NCBI GenBank assembly: GCA_010093605.1
Contig: MU004182.1
Span: 445,502-509,501, forward strand
Direction: 5' to 3'
Length of the DNA stretch: 64,000 nt
Source: Lophium mytilinum
Taxonomy: Eukaryota
The position numbers and the translations under genes are program-made. Of this stretch, positions 1 to 11,408 are shown piece by piece. The notes beneath the pieces are model-generated. The model did not search any database, was not told the DNA's origin, and saw only the letters and a program-made list of their open reading frames with translations. Each line of letters opens with the position of its first letter. Position 1 is the first letter of the stretch.

Positions 1-357
1 GCTAGGGAACGTTGAAGACGTCATGAGGTTTGAGAAAGGAAACGTGATGATGCAACATGAAAGAAACGGAGGGTGGGGTGGTGTAGTGGCTGGTGCTTTG
101 CTGTTCTCTCCGAGATATCGGGTCCGGGAGGTCGAGGGTAAGGTTCTGCAGCTCTCGGTCTTCGGCGATAGTTGGACGGGTCGATAGCGTTGCGGTTAGT
201 GAGTTTAGAGGGAAGGGGTAGGTGTCACATGATGTCCGTTAGGATTGGCTCGTAGCTTGCACTGTGAAGGAGCTGCTCTCGGCGAGGGTGGTGAGGGTGG
301 GTAACGGCTCCGAGGAGTGATGAGAAAGAGATGGAAAGAACCGGCTCAGCTACCAAC

Positions 358-505
358 TGTCACGTAACAGGAGAGAAGTAGACGTTGTACGTGATGTATT
401 AGATGAATGATGATGTTGTAGAGAAGAGGTCTGGAGGAAGGTGAGGCTATATACAAGAGGTAACACGTGCCTGCCTCCCGTAGCCCTCACCGCTACTCCC
501 TGACA
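358..505. mobile_element. Solo LTR-like element, copy 1 of 3
   Basis: 148 bp bounded by TGTCA...TGACA. Aligns along its length with 10463-10603 and 35551-35709, sharing GAGGTC.GG.GGAAGGT and GTAGCCCTC...CCCTGACA. No target-site duplication seen. Confidence 0.75.
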
Positions 506-773
506 GTAGGGGTTTAGAGCAAAGTGGTCGTTTTTTTTGGTTTAAAAGGTGGGTTGAGGAGACAGATTATCAATGGAGTGATATGGTGGATACTGGTGCA
601 AGGGATGATTTAACAGGGGGGTACCGCGGAGGCGGAGTTGGTGAAGGGGCGGACGGCTGACGAGGGATCGGGGGTGGAGGGATGGAGACAGGTAAGTCAA
701 GGGTAAGCAGATCTAGTAGTTGAGGATATGAAATACATTTATGAGATGGTTCTATATAAGGAAATGAAGCCCC

Positions 774-1070
774 CCAATTTATCGACCCAATGTATTGAAA
801 ATACAGAGATATAGTCCTCCAATTTATCGACCAGTTGTACAGTGGAAGTAAAGGAAATATAGCCATCCAATTTATCGACCCAATGTATTGAAAATACAGG
901 AATATAATCCTCCAATTTATCGACCAATTGTACAGTGGAAGTAAAGGAAATATAGCCATCCAATTTATCGACCCAGTATAGTGAAAGAAGAAATACAGTC
1001 CTCCAGTTTAACGACCCAGTATATTGAAAAAGAAGAAATACAGTATCCATCTATCGACCAGCTGTACAGT
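774..1070. repeat. Minisatellite of 43-48 bp units with a 93-bp higher-order repeat
   Basis: Core CCAATTTATCGACC starts at 774, 819, 867, 912 and 960, with degenerate copies at 1003 and 1047. Two unit types alternate. Confidence 0.92.
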
Positions 1071-1302
1071 GTAGAGAAAGAGAAAAAAAGAAAGGAAGGA
1101 AATATAAGCATCGGTTGCAAGCCGCATGAAGGGCTGGGTCTCTCGGGGTATCTCTTAAGGGTATGGTGAAATTTTTGAAGGGAAGGGAGATCGAGAATAA
1201 AAATGAGTAAGGAAACAACAGGAGAAACACCTAGAAACCTGGTCCGATCTCACGCCGGACTTCAAGCAGCTGAACCAGAATATCGAGGGAGGGTTTTGAT
1301 AC

Positions 1303-2922
1303 TTAGCAAGTATTCTCTTTCCAGCTTTCCCTTTCGAGCTTGATGTTTTCCCAGTACTCATCCATTTGAGCAGCATCATTTTCGTCAATCTGTTTCGTCT
1401 TTCTTAGAATTTTCCTTAGCGCCTTTTCGTCCTTTGTGTCCTGGTCCTCTCCGTCTTGGCTAGCATTGAAATTCGGGTGGTACTCAATGCCGTCCTTCCC
1501 GCTGATTTTGCTGGCGATCGATTCGCCCGAGCAACCCTCTCTGTTATAGGCCCTGTATCTTCCCCATATCAAAGGGAGGGGCCATTCACGTAATCTTACA
1601 GTCTCATCCAATATTGCGTGTGGTCCGCCGTATGGCACAGAGTTGAACCAGAACTTCTTGAGCTTGCCGAGGTTCTCATCGATCTTTTGGAGATAATCTG
1701 CCCATCTAACCCGCGTTGAGTACACTCCATGCGCAACTTTAGTGTAGTGATACGGATATGCATGGTAGGGGTAGATTACATCGGTAGCGATGGCGTGTTC
1801 AACGTCATCTCGCCCGTCCAGATTCTCCATCTTCCGTTCTTCACTTGTACAATAGAAGAGGTAAAGAATTGGACAGATATCAAAGCTTAGTTCTTCCAAG
1901 GTATTCTTGTGGTCGAATATCCAATTGAGCTGGTCTTTATGCCAGAGGCCATAGTTTCCTAGACAAAGAGTCTTGAGGTTCGGAAAGTGGAGGTCGCCCA
2001 GATAGATCAGAGGCTCGATCGGACCAACGCGGTGGAAAGTGGTGACTCGTGGAAAATACAGCGTTAAAGACGTCAGGCATGGAGTCAATGAAGGATTCAT
2101 CCAGAAAATAGGTAGCGCTTCCAGGAAAAAGTACGCCCTCCCGTAGACCGGGTTGACTGGGGAGTTTTCCTGTTGTGGCGCGCACATAATGCCTAGACGC
2201 AGGGTTTTCAACCCCTGGAGAACTGCTTTGAACTCGGGAGAGGTGACGAGAAGGTCATCATGGACATCCTGAAGATTTTCGATGGACAATGCTTTTAATC
2301 GAGAAATCACGGGGGGCGCTGTCGAAGATTCCTGATCCGCTTCTGCCGAAGTCTTTCCTTCGTTTTTCATTAAGGAGAGCCTACGGGTTCTTTCCTGGAG
2401 ATCCCACTCTGCCAACCTAGTCCTTTCATCTTCCATGAATATTCCAAAGATGAGCGTGTGCATCAAACCCTGGCGGAATTCCACACCTTGAGAATGATCG
2501 GTACTCATAAAGCGAATGACAATATCTTTGAGACCAGTCATCCGTTCTGCCACTTGTTCGAAAGCGTTCTGCAGCATTCCGTCCGAAAGAGTGACTCTTG
2601 AGAGCCAGGTGTTGACGTCGATTTTACGCACAGCCTTGGCATATTTGGATTTACCAACGGACTCAAGATGAGCGGCACTTTTGTCGGAGGGCGTCACAAC
2701 TAATGTGGAATACAGACTTTCGGAAGCGGATTGCGTCCAATTTCGGTGGGCTAGTCGCACCTTAGAAGCATCTTTGGGACCTAGGTAGAAGCAGAACCGA
2801 TCCACAATCTCTTTAGGTATCAGACGTTTATTCATTGGCCCAGGACCTCGAGAGAACCCGCCCGGTAGGCCGGGAATTAGGCCCTTTTCCACATGGCCGT
2901 CTTCGCTCGGCTGGCTCGGCAT
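1303..2922 (-). CDS. F-box domain protein with degenerate leucine-rich repeats
   Basis: 539-aa ORF. N-terminal IPKEIVDRFCFYLGPKDASKVRL resembles an F-box, followed by LxxLxL-type repeats (LKTLRL, LTSLTL, FPNLKTLCL, LEELSF). Confidence 0.65.
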   Translation of the reverse strand: MPSQPSEDGHVEKGLIPGLPGGFSRGPGPMNKRLIPKEIVDRFCFYLGPKDASKVRLAHRNWTQSASESLYSTLVVTPSDKSAAHLESVGKSKYAKAVRKIDVNTWLSRVTLSDGMLQNAFEQVAERMTGLKDIVIRFMSTDHSQGVEFRQGLMHTLIFGIFMEDERTRLAEWDLQERTRRLSLMKNEGKTSAEADQESSTAPPVISRLKALSIENLQDVHDDLLVTSPEFKAVLQGLKTLRLGIMCAPQQENSPVNPVYGRAYFFLEALPIFWMNPSLTPCLTSLTLYFPRVTTFHRVGPIEPLIYLGDLHFPNLKTLCLGNYGLWHKDQLNWIFDHKNTLEELSFDICPILYLFYCTSEERKMENLDGRDDVEHAIATDVIYPYHAYPYHYTKVAHGVYSTRVRWADYLQKIDENLGKLKKFWFNSVPYGGPHAILDETVRLREWPLPLIWGRYRAYNREGCSGESIASKISGKDGIEYHPNFNASQDGEDQDTKDEKALRKILRKTKQIDENDAAQMDEYWENIKLERESWKENTC

Positions 2923-5190
2923 TCTATCAAGCGGCGAAGCTGGCGATTGTGTGTATTGAAAGTAGTATTTGACGTAAGAAGCTCACATTCGATGTCAAGT
3001 TCCACCATCGAAAAGTTTATGAAAGAAGAATAGTACGGTTGAAATCGGTATTATATACGCAACAAAGCCTATGACTCTATTCATGGCTCGTGTCTACAGC
3101 AGAGCCCAGCGGTGGCCCATCGTGAGTGATACGTCCCCTTTGATTCTCTGCGAAACGGGCATTTACAGTAATCGGCCACTAGAGGGTATATGCCACCATT
3201 CAGGAACGTTAAAGACGCATGAGATTTGAGAAAGAAACTTGGGGATGCAATATGAAAGAAATGGAGGGTAACATTTGAGGTGTGACAACCACGAGCTCGA
3301 GTCAACAGGCGTCTTTGGGCCGCGCACTGAAGCACATTGCAGAGCTCAGAGCGAAAGATGTCCTGAGAGTGTGGTATTGAGATTGCGGAAGCTGATACCT
3401 GTCATTTATTTCGAGACCAACAGGCTAACGTGAGCGAATTGATGGTAGAACAACTCGTTGGAGCCCTCACGAGAGCCGTGGGTCAAGCCCCTCGTGAGCA
3501 TCTTACCGTCATCAACTAAAATTTGAGGGTGCTCCTAGGCACAACGCAGAACCAAAGGGCAGTCATTGTCTGTGAGTATAACCTTCTCGAGAATACATAC
3601 CTCAATAGCTTAGAACTTGGCAGTGGCTCTTCTTCAGCGCATAAGGCAAGATGCGAAATTCCCTGATGGCTGCAAGCGAAGCATTTCTGGGGGTCCCATT
3701 TCGGGCCTCTTGCGTATGCCAACGGCTCTGTGCACGTGATTCGAGCTGGTAGTACAGACCATCTCCCAGACAGGAAATGCATCGAAGCGTTCCTACGACG
3801 TCAACCACATCGCAATGTTCAAGGCCGGGCGCTTGGCCCACGAGTGATGAGCCATTAGCCATGAACCTGAAACGAATGGTCGGCGTCATAAATATCCTAC
3901 AAGATGTTGACAACGTGGACTGCAACGCGCCGCGCAACGAGGCTCATCATCCCGTTTGCCTGAATGGACCCCAAGGCGGGACCCCAGGCTCAGACGTAGG
4001 TGCAGGTTTCCAAACGGCTCTGAGGATCAGATTGAGGCAGACTGCTGTGCCGCAACGGGGAGAGGGCGCTTATATGGCGATGGAGCAGGTCTGAGTCCTA
4101 CTTTTCTGAAGGGTGCAGGGGATGGTGTTGGTGGAGGTCAGGCCTCAGGCTTCACGTGTGTTTTGAGGGGGCCTCTCAAAGGGGCATAGCGCACTTGGTG
4201 GACAACAACAACAACACCCTCCCCAGCATTCCACCCCCGACACCAAACAATGGCAGATCTCGCCCCCCCAGACTGGCGATCATGTTTCGAGGCGCCGCAC
4301 CGACTTGCCAATCCCGCGCTTATTGTGTGGTTCCTGCCAGCATCTCCCAGCTGCTCTTGGGGCCGCATCGGCTTGGCTGAGCATCGTGAAACGGAGAGGC
4401 TCCGTCCTCAGGCCAAGACGGTCTCAGCCCTACCAGCTGGCTCGAAGTGGCAGCGGGAGGCCGCTTCAAGAGCCTCTCGCCGCTCCCCTGCGTTTTGGTA
4501 GCGGTGGTCTTATTTTGTCGGCCATTCAGAGACATGGCTGGGGGTTAGCCGCCCAGCATCTCTCTATGCGCCGACGCAGCCTATATGGAGACGCAGAGCC
4601 GCACCCCTCCCCGAAATAATCCTCAAACAGGCGCTTCGCCATCGCTGGACCAGGCCGCCGTCCGGGAGGAACGGGTGGCCTCCCGCTGCCGTGCTGAGGC
4701 CACTCACGGGGCCCCGATGCGCTTCCCCTGCCGTCTTTCGACGAAGCGCCAGAAAACGCCCTCGGGCGCGGCTCCATCGTCCAGTTTCAGCCCGCCCAGA
4801 ATGACTTTGTTTGCTCTTCATCGGGCGATTAAAGAAACTGGAACCTGTTTCACCCAATTCTCCGCCCGCCCTGATTGGACCCGTGGCCGTTCGCCGCGCC
4901 CTCTGCAGGTGGCACCATCCTCTATAAAGCTTTGCATGCGGCCTCAATCGGCGCAGCCCAGATGCCTCATACACCACAGTAAACTCGCCTCCTTTCGTTT
5001 CTTTCCTACTGTCTCGTGTCGTCTTTTCCTTGCTCTGTGACTAGATCCCTCGTTCTTAATCCTAATCAACCACCATCAACCACCGGGGTCTCTTTCGTTT
5101 GAACCCCGTCCTCAATCGCTCCCAATACCACCATCGCTTTCTCCTCTCTACCGTCGCTTTACCTCTCCACCCTCGCTCCCACTAGCCCTC

Positions 5191-5869
5191 ATGATCAGCA
5201 TGCCGAAGGAAGTCAGCCACCGACCCTCCTCCTCCATCTCTACCACAGCCGCGGCCGGTGGCGCATCCCGGGCAGCCACAACATGGACCACCAAGGACGA
5301 CGAGACCCTGATGAGCGCCAGAGCCTCAGGGCTGAACTGGCAACCCATTGCTACGAAACACTTCCCTTCCAAAACCGCGAATGCCTGTCGCAAACGCCAC
5401 GAACGATTGATGGAGCGCAAGAACGCCGAGGACTGGGACGGCGTGAAGCTGGAGACTCTTGCCATGGAATACATGAACGTGCGGCGCGAGATGTGGACGG
5501 TCCTGGCCAACCGGGTGGGCGAGAAGTGGACTATGGTTGAAGCCAAGGTATGTTCTCTCGAAAGACACTCACGAAAACAAACACTAACCCTGGCAGTGCA
5601 TGGAAAAAGGCCTCAAGAACCTCCAGCAAGCCCATCGTTCCGCGCAGAGGAAGGAGCGAGGTAATTCAGTCGGCGACAGCGGTATCGGTTGTTCGGACGC
5701 TGAGCACGAATTAGATGAAGGCCACAGCCATACATCGGAGCTGTCAGACGGCTCGCAGCACCATGGGCATGTACAGCAGGGCGGCTACGCGCTCCCAGGT
5801 CAACGTGGCGGCCCCAGCATCCAGTCCATGCTTTCTCTTTCTCCGGCATACCCTCAACCTCCGCAGTAG
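5191..5869 (+). CDS. Small Myb/SANT-like DNA-binding protein (2 exons)
   Basis: WTTKDDETLMSARASGLNWQPIATKHFPSKTANACRKRH is a Myb repeat. Intron 5548-5596 (GTATGT..CTAAC..CAG) joins EAK to CMEKGLKNL. Confidence 0.88.
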
Positions 5870-6309
5870 TCTTGTTATGTATGTACCAGTACACTACTGG
5901 AAGACTATCCGCGCTACGAATTTCTTACTTCTTCATCCGCATTATTTTGTCACCGACGTCGACACGAATCTTCTTTTGCATACTTTAGGGACGGTTGGGC
6001 GGATTTATTTCGTTAGTTAATGTACGATTGCGGCGAAAGGGCGGAGAGCTTCATTCAACAAGCTTGCACTACACCTAGACTGGACTGGATAGGATCATTG
6101 TCACTCCTTGGGTACACCGTCAATACCCCGATATCGATATCATACAGCATAGCAAATTGTATTTTGTACGCGCTATACCAATACTGATATGAGCCTGGTC
6201 ATGTGACTTCAACCCACTCAATGACGATGACAACGATTTTAGCTTCCACCACCTCTAACCGCGCCGCAGCCTCATTCACCACCACCATGCTCTCCAACGC
6301 GCCATTGAC

Positions 6310-7539
6310 ATGCCCTTATTGCGCGTCCCCTATACCGACCCTCTCCCACCACCCCACATAATACCCCGGACTGCAGCGACTGTCTCGGGCGCAATCGGAT
6401 GTCTCACAGACTTCCTAACCGCGCCGCCATCTAAAAACCTCAAACTCGACACCGCCCGTAATGACCGCACGGTCTTGCTGTCCGGCGCAGGCATCTCGGT
6501 AGCATCAGGCCTTGCAGATTATAGAGGCACAAATGGGACGTACACTCTGAACCGGACATATAGACCCGTATATTATAACGAGTTCACCTCCAACCATGAA
6601 GCACGGAAACGATACTGGGCGCGAAGTTACCTAGGCTGGACGAACCTGCACAAGGCGCGGCCAAACATCGCCCACAAAGCCGTCGCTCGACTAGGAGAAT
6701 TGGGCGTGATAAGCAGCTGCATCACACAAAGTACGCCGTGCATCCCCACGCGTCCCTCACACATACACCTACTCTAACAACCATACACAGACGTCGACTC
6801 CTTCCACCCCATCGCCCACCCCGCCCTCCGCACCACCGAGCTCCACGGCTACCTCCGCGCCCTCGTCTGCCTCACCTGCCGCACCGAGTACCCCCGCACC
6901 GCCTTCCAGACCCAGCTCTCCACCCTCAACCCCGCCTGGGCCGCTTTCCTGGCCGAGGTCCTTGCGTCCGGCGCGCTGGATACTGAAGACCCCGCCCAGC
7001 GCCGCGCGCGCGGGCTGAAGACGAACCCGGACGGTGACGTCGATATCCCCGGCGCGCCGTATAGCACGTTCCGCTACCCAGCATGTCCTACCTGCCTTGC
7101 GGCTGGCACCGCGGGCGTGAAGGTTGATAGCGATGGCGGATGGGCGGCAGACTCGACGGGGGGCGTGCTGAAGCCGGCTGTGGTTATGTTTGGGGAGAGT
7201 ATACCGCAGGCGACGAAGATAGCGGCGGAGGAGGCGGTGGATGGGGCGAGTCGGGTGTTGGTGGTGGGTAGTAGTTTGGCGACGTATTCGGCGTGGCGGT
7301 TGGTGAAGCGGGCGAGGGAGAACGGGATGCCGATTGGGGTTCTGAATATTGGGGGTGTGAGGGGGGAGGAGGTGTTTTTTGGAGGGGTGGGCGAGGTGAA
7401 TACGGGGAGGGAGGCGGTGAGGGCGAGTGTGGATGCCGGGGAGGTGTTGCCCGCGGTGGTGAGGATGGTGGAGGAGATGAGGGGGTTTAAAGGGTTGAGG
7501 GAGGAGATGAAGATGGATAGGGAGAAGGGCGTTGCGTAG
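6310..7539 (+). CDS. NAD-dependent sirtuin deacylase, SIRT4-like
   Basis: Motifs GAGISVASGLADYRG, TQNVDSFH (across intron 6731-6790), ELHG, LKPAVVMFGE and GSSLATYSAWRL. Confidence 0.92.
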
Positions 7540-8830
7540 GTAGGTGGGTAGGTAGCTATAACGGCATCTAAAAGATGATTGTGTCTTTTTCTGAGCTTTT
7601 TATTTCACGGCCTCGTGTTTCGGTTGTGGAGAACTTTTCATCTAGATTTCGCATCCTTCAGGTGCGCCGGGAAACCGATGAAGACCAAAGGACGCCGTTG
7701 AACCTACACCATCAAAAAGATCCAGCAAGGTAGTGAGTGAGAAACAGCTATCGTTCCAACCGTAAGAAAATCTTCTATTTCATACTCTCTTCCAGCACAC
7801 GCGGACACCACGTGCTTCCTAGTTCCCAATTACCAACCAAATACAAAAGATCGCACCGCCCGAAAGCATTCTCTTTGCTAGAGGTCAGACACTGTTGGAG
7901 GATTAAAAGGCTTGAATTCGACATCGCATGCGCGTTTGAAAATTCGGACTTGCCGACCTCATGGCTGCTGCGGAGCAAGTTGGCTAAAGGCTGGAGATTA
8001 TGTTGGGGAGCAAACTCGTCTGCGTCCAGCCTCCATGGTGGAGGAGTAGTCGGAGGGTGCTTAGACAGTGATGATGCTGTACACCAAAAGTAGGGTTGGT
8101 GAAAAGTGTTGCTAATGAATAGTGGTAGTTAAGAAAGGCGCGAGTTGGTGTTGAGATGGGGAGCTGGAGATTAGAAAGGGAGTGTGCTGGTGGTGACCAT
8201 CAAAACGGGGTGGGTGGCAGCGACTCCTCCAGTCATCAGCTGTCTCAGAGTCGGCTTCTGACCAGCGTCCGCTGTCTTCAGACCAGACTCTACCACCCAG
8301 TCCAAAGACATCGTAGAAGTCTGTACACTTTGTTGCAAAACCTCCACCCACCCATGAAGAAAAGTTCCATGAGCGATGGGGAGGGAGATTTTATACCCAG
8401 CGGAAGTTAGCCGCACGTGATGGGGAGGCATATCACGCGGTGACACAAACGCCAGCGTGCCTATCTCCATGGGACTCTGCTTTTCTTTTATTTTAACGCC
8501 ATATTCATCTTCCACATCTTCGTGTCTTCACACTTACAACTCAGAAATGACTGCAGGGGAGTGTTTTTCTAAACCCGACTCAAACGACCTATGCCACGTT
8601 GTTTCTGCGTTTACGTATGCTACCTCTTAACAAGCCTTGCATTCTGCGGAACCTTTTCTAGCTACGCTTACTTCTTTTGCTTTGTCTCATATCGCTTTTC
8701 TGTATCTCACTCCGATACTCACTTGCCGGTCAGCCATAGAAGACCGACATCTAAGAACGGTTCAAGCAAAACATAGGTAGACCACCAACCTTCCGAATAC
8801 TAGACCGAAGACGAAGCAGAGGAGAAAAGC

Positions 8831-9412
8831 ATGAATCCCCCGACAACCCCTAATGTCAGTAGGAGGCCGTCCCCAGCCTCGCCAAGCTCCATAATCACAG
8901 TCATCCGATGGAGAGCACCTGCCGTGGTGCCTCAAAACGATGGAACAGAACCCCTCTCGTCGTCCGCGCCTCGCGAAGTTCCCGCAGAAGAAGAACCAAG
9001 AAACGAAAGTCCTCAAACTTCTTCAAGCCCCCACAACGACAACGTCAACCCTGAACACCCTTCTCCCTCAGCTCCCTCAGAGACAGCAAGTTGGTGGGAC
9101 AGCCAGCTTGTCGCATGGCTACAAGCAAAGAAAGCCCTAAAAGAAAAAGTGGAAAAACTGAGAGAGGAAATGGCAAAACTGAGAGATGAAATCGTAAGAT
9201 TGAAAATGGAGAAAGAGGATTTGAAGAGGGAGAATCATGAGTTGGAAGATCATGGTAACTACATGCAGGGGGTAAGAAAGGGATTGTGGAATGATACTAT
9301 AGAGGGGGATTACCAACTCAGAAAAGCGAGGAAGGAGGTAACGGAGTTAAGGGGGAGGCTCGAGAAGATGGAAGGAGAGAGAGAGAAGCAAGCGGAGAGT
9401 CGAGATGCCTAG
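8831..9412 (+). CDS. Hypothetical protein with a P/S-rich N-terminus and coiled-coil C-terminus
   Basis: 193-aa ORF with a heptad pattern (LKEKVEKLREEMAKLRDEIVRLKMEKEDLKRENHELE). No recognisable family. Confidence 0.5.
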   Translation: MNPPTTPNVSRRPSPASPSSIITVIRWRAPAVVPQNDGTEPLSSSAPREVPAEEEPRNESPQTSSSPHNDNVNPEHPSPSAPSETASWWDSQLVAWLQAKKALKEKVEKLREEMAKLRDEIVRLKMEKEDLKRENHELEDHGNYMQGVRKGLWNDTIEGDYQLRKARKEVTELRGRLEKMEGEREKQAESRDA

Positions 9413-9848
9413 ATAATAGGCGGGTTCGTTGGGAGAGGTGGGAAATGGGAGGTTACCACTTTGATGACGAGAGAAGATGTCGAAGTGGCCCGAATTTGGA
9501 GCTATTTCTACGTTTTTACGCACAAAGAAAGTGCCTGTACAGCGATAGGTAAATCTAAAATTGATCGAGAGGTACTATGGCGAGACTAGTAGGTATGAGA
9601 AAGAACATTATAAGAGCAAGCAAGCATTTCAGAACCAAAACGCCCCCCAAAAACATCCGCAGCATCGATGCAATGCAACCCATGCACCGTCTTGTTTAAG
9701 AATCTGAAACCCCTTCTTCTAAATCTTCGTCTCGGTACCTGCTAATACTACGCTCTCTAATGTTAGCTCCCACCTATCCAATCCTGGTCCATCCACCGCA
9801 TTCCTTTCTGAAGTTTGCCGCAATAAGATTGCTGTCGATAGTTATCGT

Positions 9849-10154
9849 TTAAGAGCGGATGTGCACCTCGGTGGTGCCGCCACGATGCCAGGTAGCAAGC
9901 AGCACACCGCAGCGACCGCACTTGTGCTGGACATCCTTGAGCGAGTTCATGAGGTAGGGAATGCAGCCTAAGCAGACGAGACAGCAGAGACCGAGAGCCC
10001 AAGCGCTGAACATTCCGTTAGCTTCTCTCCTCCTCAATTTCGGCTCAGGCATGAACGTACTGGGTGTTTTCGGAGATGCTGGTTGCCCCAAAGAAGACGA
10101 GGCAGTTTGAAATTGACTCGGGACAGACTCTCCGTTGGCGGATATTCCGGCCAA
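9849..10154 (-). pseudogene. LITAF-like zinc-ribbon gene remnant, copy 1
   Basis: LCCLVCLGCIPYLMNSLKDVQHKCGRCG is the C-terminal LITAF half-domain, preceded by CTAAC..CAG. The N-terminal CxxC knuckle is not found. Confidence 0.7.
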
Positions 10155-10270
10155 GCTGCGTTGGCAGTTGGATGTCGGGATGCTCGGCCTTTATTGCAGG
10201 TGTTAGCGCCATTCAGATCAAGTATTCCTAGAGGTATACTCTCAGGAATTACAATTCTGTTAGATTTATA

Positions 10271-10423
10271 TCTAGCAAATCCATTGCCGCCAGTTGCGGA
10301 GGAGGCGTAGGGTCCTCAGGCGGCGACCATGTAGTCGATGGTGGCCATGTAGATGGCGAGGTTGGCCATGCCGATGAGAATGGAGATGGCCAACGGCACG
10401 GCCCAGGGGATTGGCGGGCCCAG
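10271..10423 (-). pseudogene. Internal fragment of a DHA1-type MFS transporter with an in-frame stop
   Basis: Manual translation: LGPPIPWAVPLAISILIGMANLAIYMATIDYMVAA*GPYASSATGGNGFAR, with TGA at 10316-10318. The rest of the gene is absent. Confidence 0.75.
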
Positions 10424-10462
10424 GAGCACTGTCGTCGTTGTCGATTAAGATCAGATCGTTAC

Positions 10463-10603
10463 TGTCACGGAATAAGGAGCTGTAGGCCGTGTACGTGGGG
10501 TATTGGATGAAGATGATGTAGCAAAGAGGGAGGTCTGGAGGAAGGTGAGTTTATATATAAGGTGTCGTGCGCCTGCCGTAGCCCTCATCGCTACTCCCTG
10601 ACA
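10463..10603. mobile_element. Solo LTR-like element, copy 2 of 3
   Basis: 141 bp bounded by TGTCA...TGACA and flanked by GTTAC/GTTGC, a 4/5 match consistent with a 5-bp target-site duplication. Confidence 0.8.
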
Positions 10604-11408
10604 GTTGCGGCAATAGGCGGATTGATAGCGCTACTTTTCAGTTTGCTTGATGCTTTTAAAGAACGAAAGAAGGCTAATATTGGTAGTACATAAGAGATGA
10701 GATAAGAATGATGAGTCGGCGTCTTTACCTTTGTAGGACGATCTTGAGAGCATGCCTGTCTTAAAAATATAACCGACTCAAGACAATCCTATCTTGAAAA
10801 CGTCACTGTCTGGAAACGTCCTCATACCGGGAACATGCTCTTCGGGAAAGCTCGCTTGTCGGGATTTAGGACTGCTCCTTGGTTGAGTGGTGCTGGTTTC
10901 AGTTCTGCTGCGCCGTCGGTGAAATGCCAATAATAATCTTCCTGCCGTCCTCTAGCGTACTTCCAACGGCTCGGAGATTTTGGGAATAAGCAGTTGATGT
11001 AGAGAAGTAGGGATATATGGAATGAGAAACCGATAGATCAAGTTAGCGCTTTTAAGAGTGGAGTCTTAGTGGGAGCAGCTTGAATCACACTTTTGACCAA
11101 AGAGTAGAGATATAGACTTGCAGGAGTGATGAGGACAAACCGAGTAAACGTATATGAGATTCAGGGGATAAATACGAACAGCAGCAGAAGCATCGTGGGA
11201 GTCTATATTAGCCCTCCGCGATGCACTAATATTTTCCTATCATATGGGCGCATCCTAATACAGTTCCTTGATCCGCCAACCATAGCAAACGCCTCGCTGA
11301 AACCGAGGACCCAATAAGCAAGACTCCAACCCAGAGCTGGAGTGTGGTACCCTAACTCCAATTTTAACAAAGGCCGTATGTTAACTCACGATCGAACACG
11401 AGCGCACT

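Noticed and set aside
774..1070. CRISPR-like repeat-spacer array
   Set aside because: The core is only 14 bp, the apparent spacers are themselves repeated, there are no cas genes, and the genome is eukaryotic.
570..1169. ORFs 570-959, 739-1050 and 981-1169
   Set aside because: They arise from the periodicity of the minisatellite and show no protein motifs.
3081..5150. Many overlapping short ORFs upstream of the Myb-like gene
   Set aside because: GC-rich intergenic or leader DNA with no recognisable domains or consistent exon structure.
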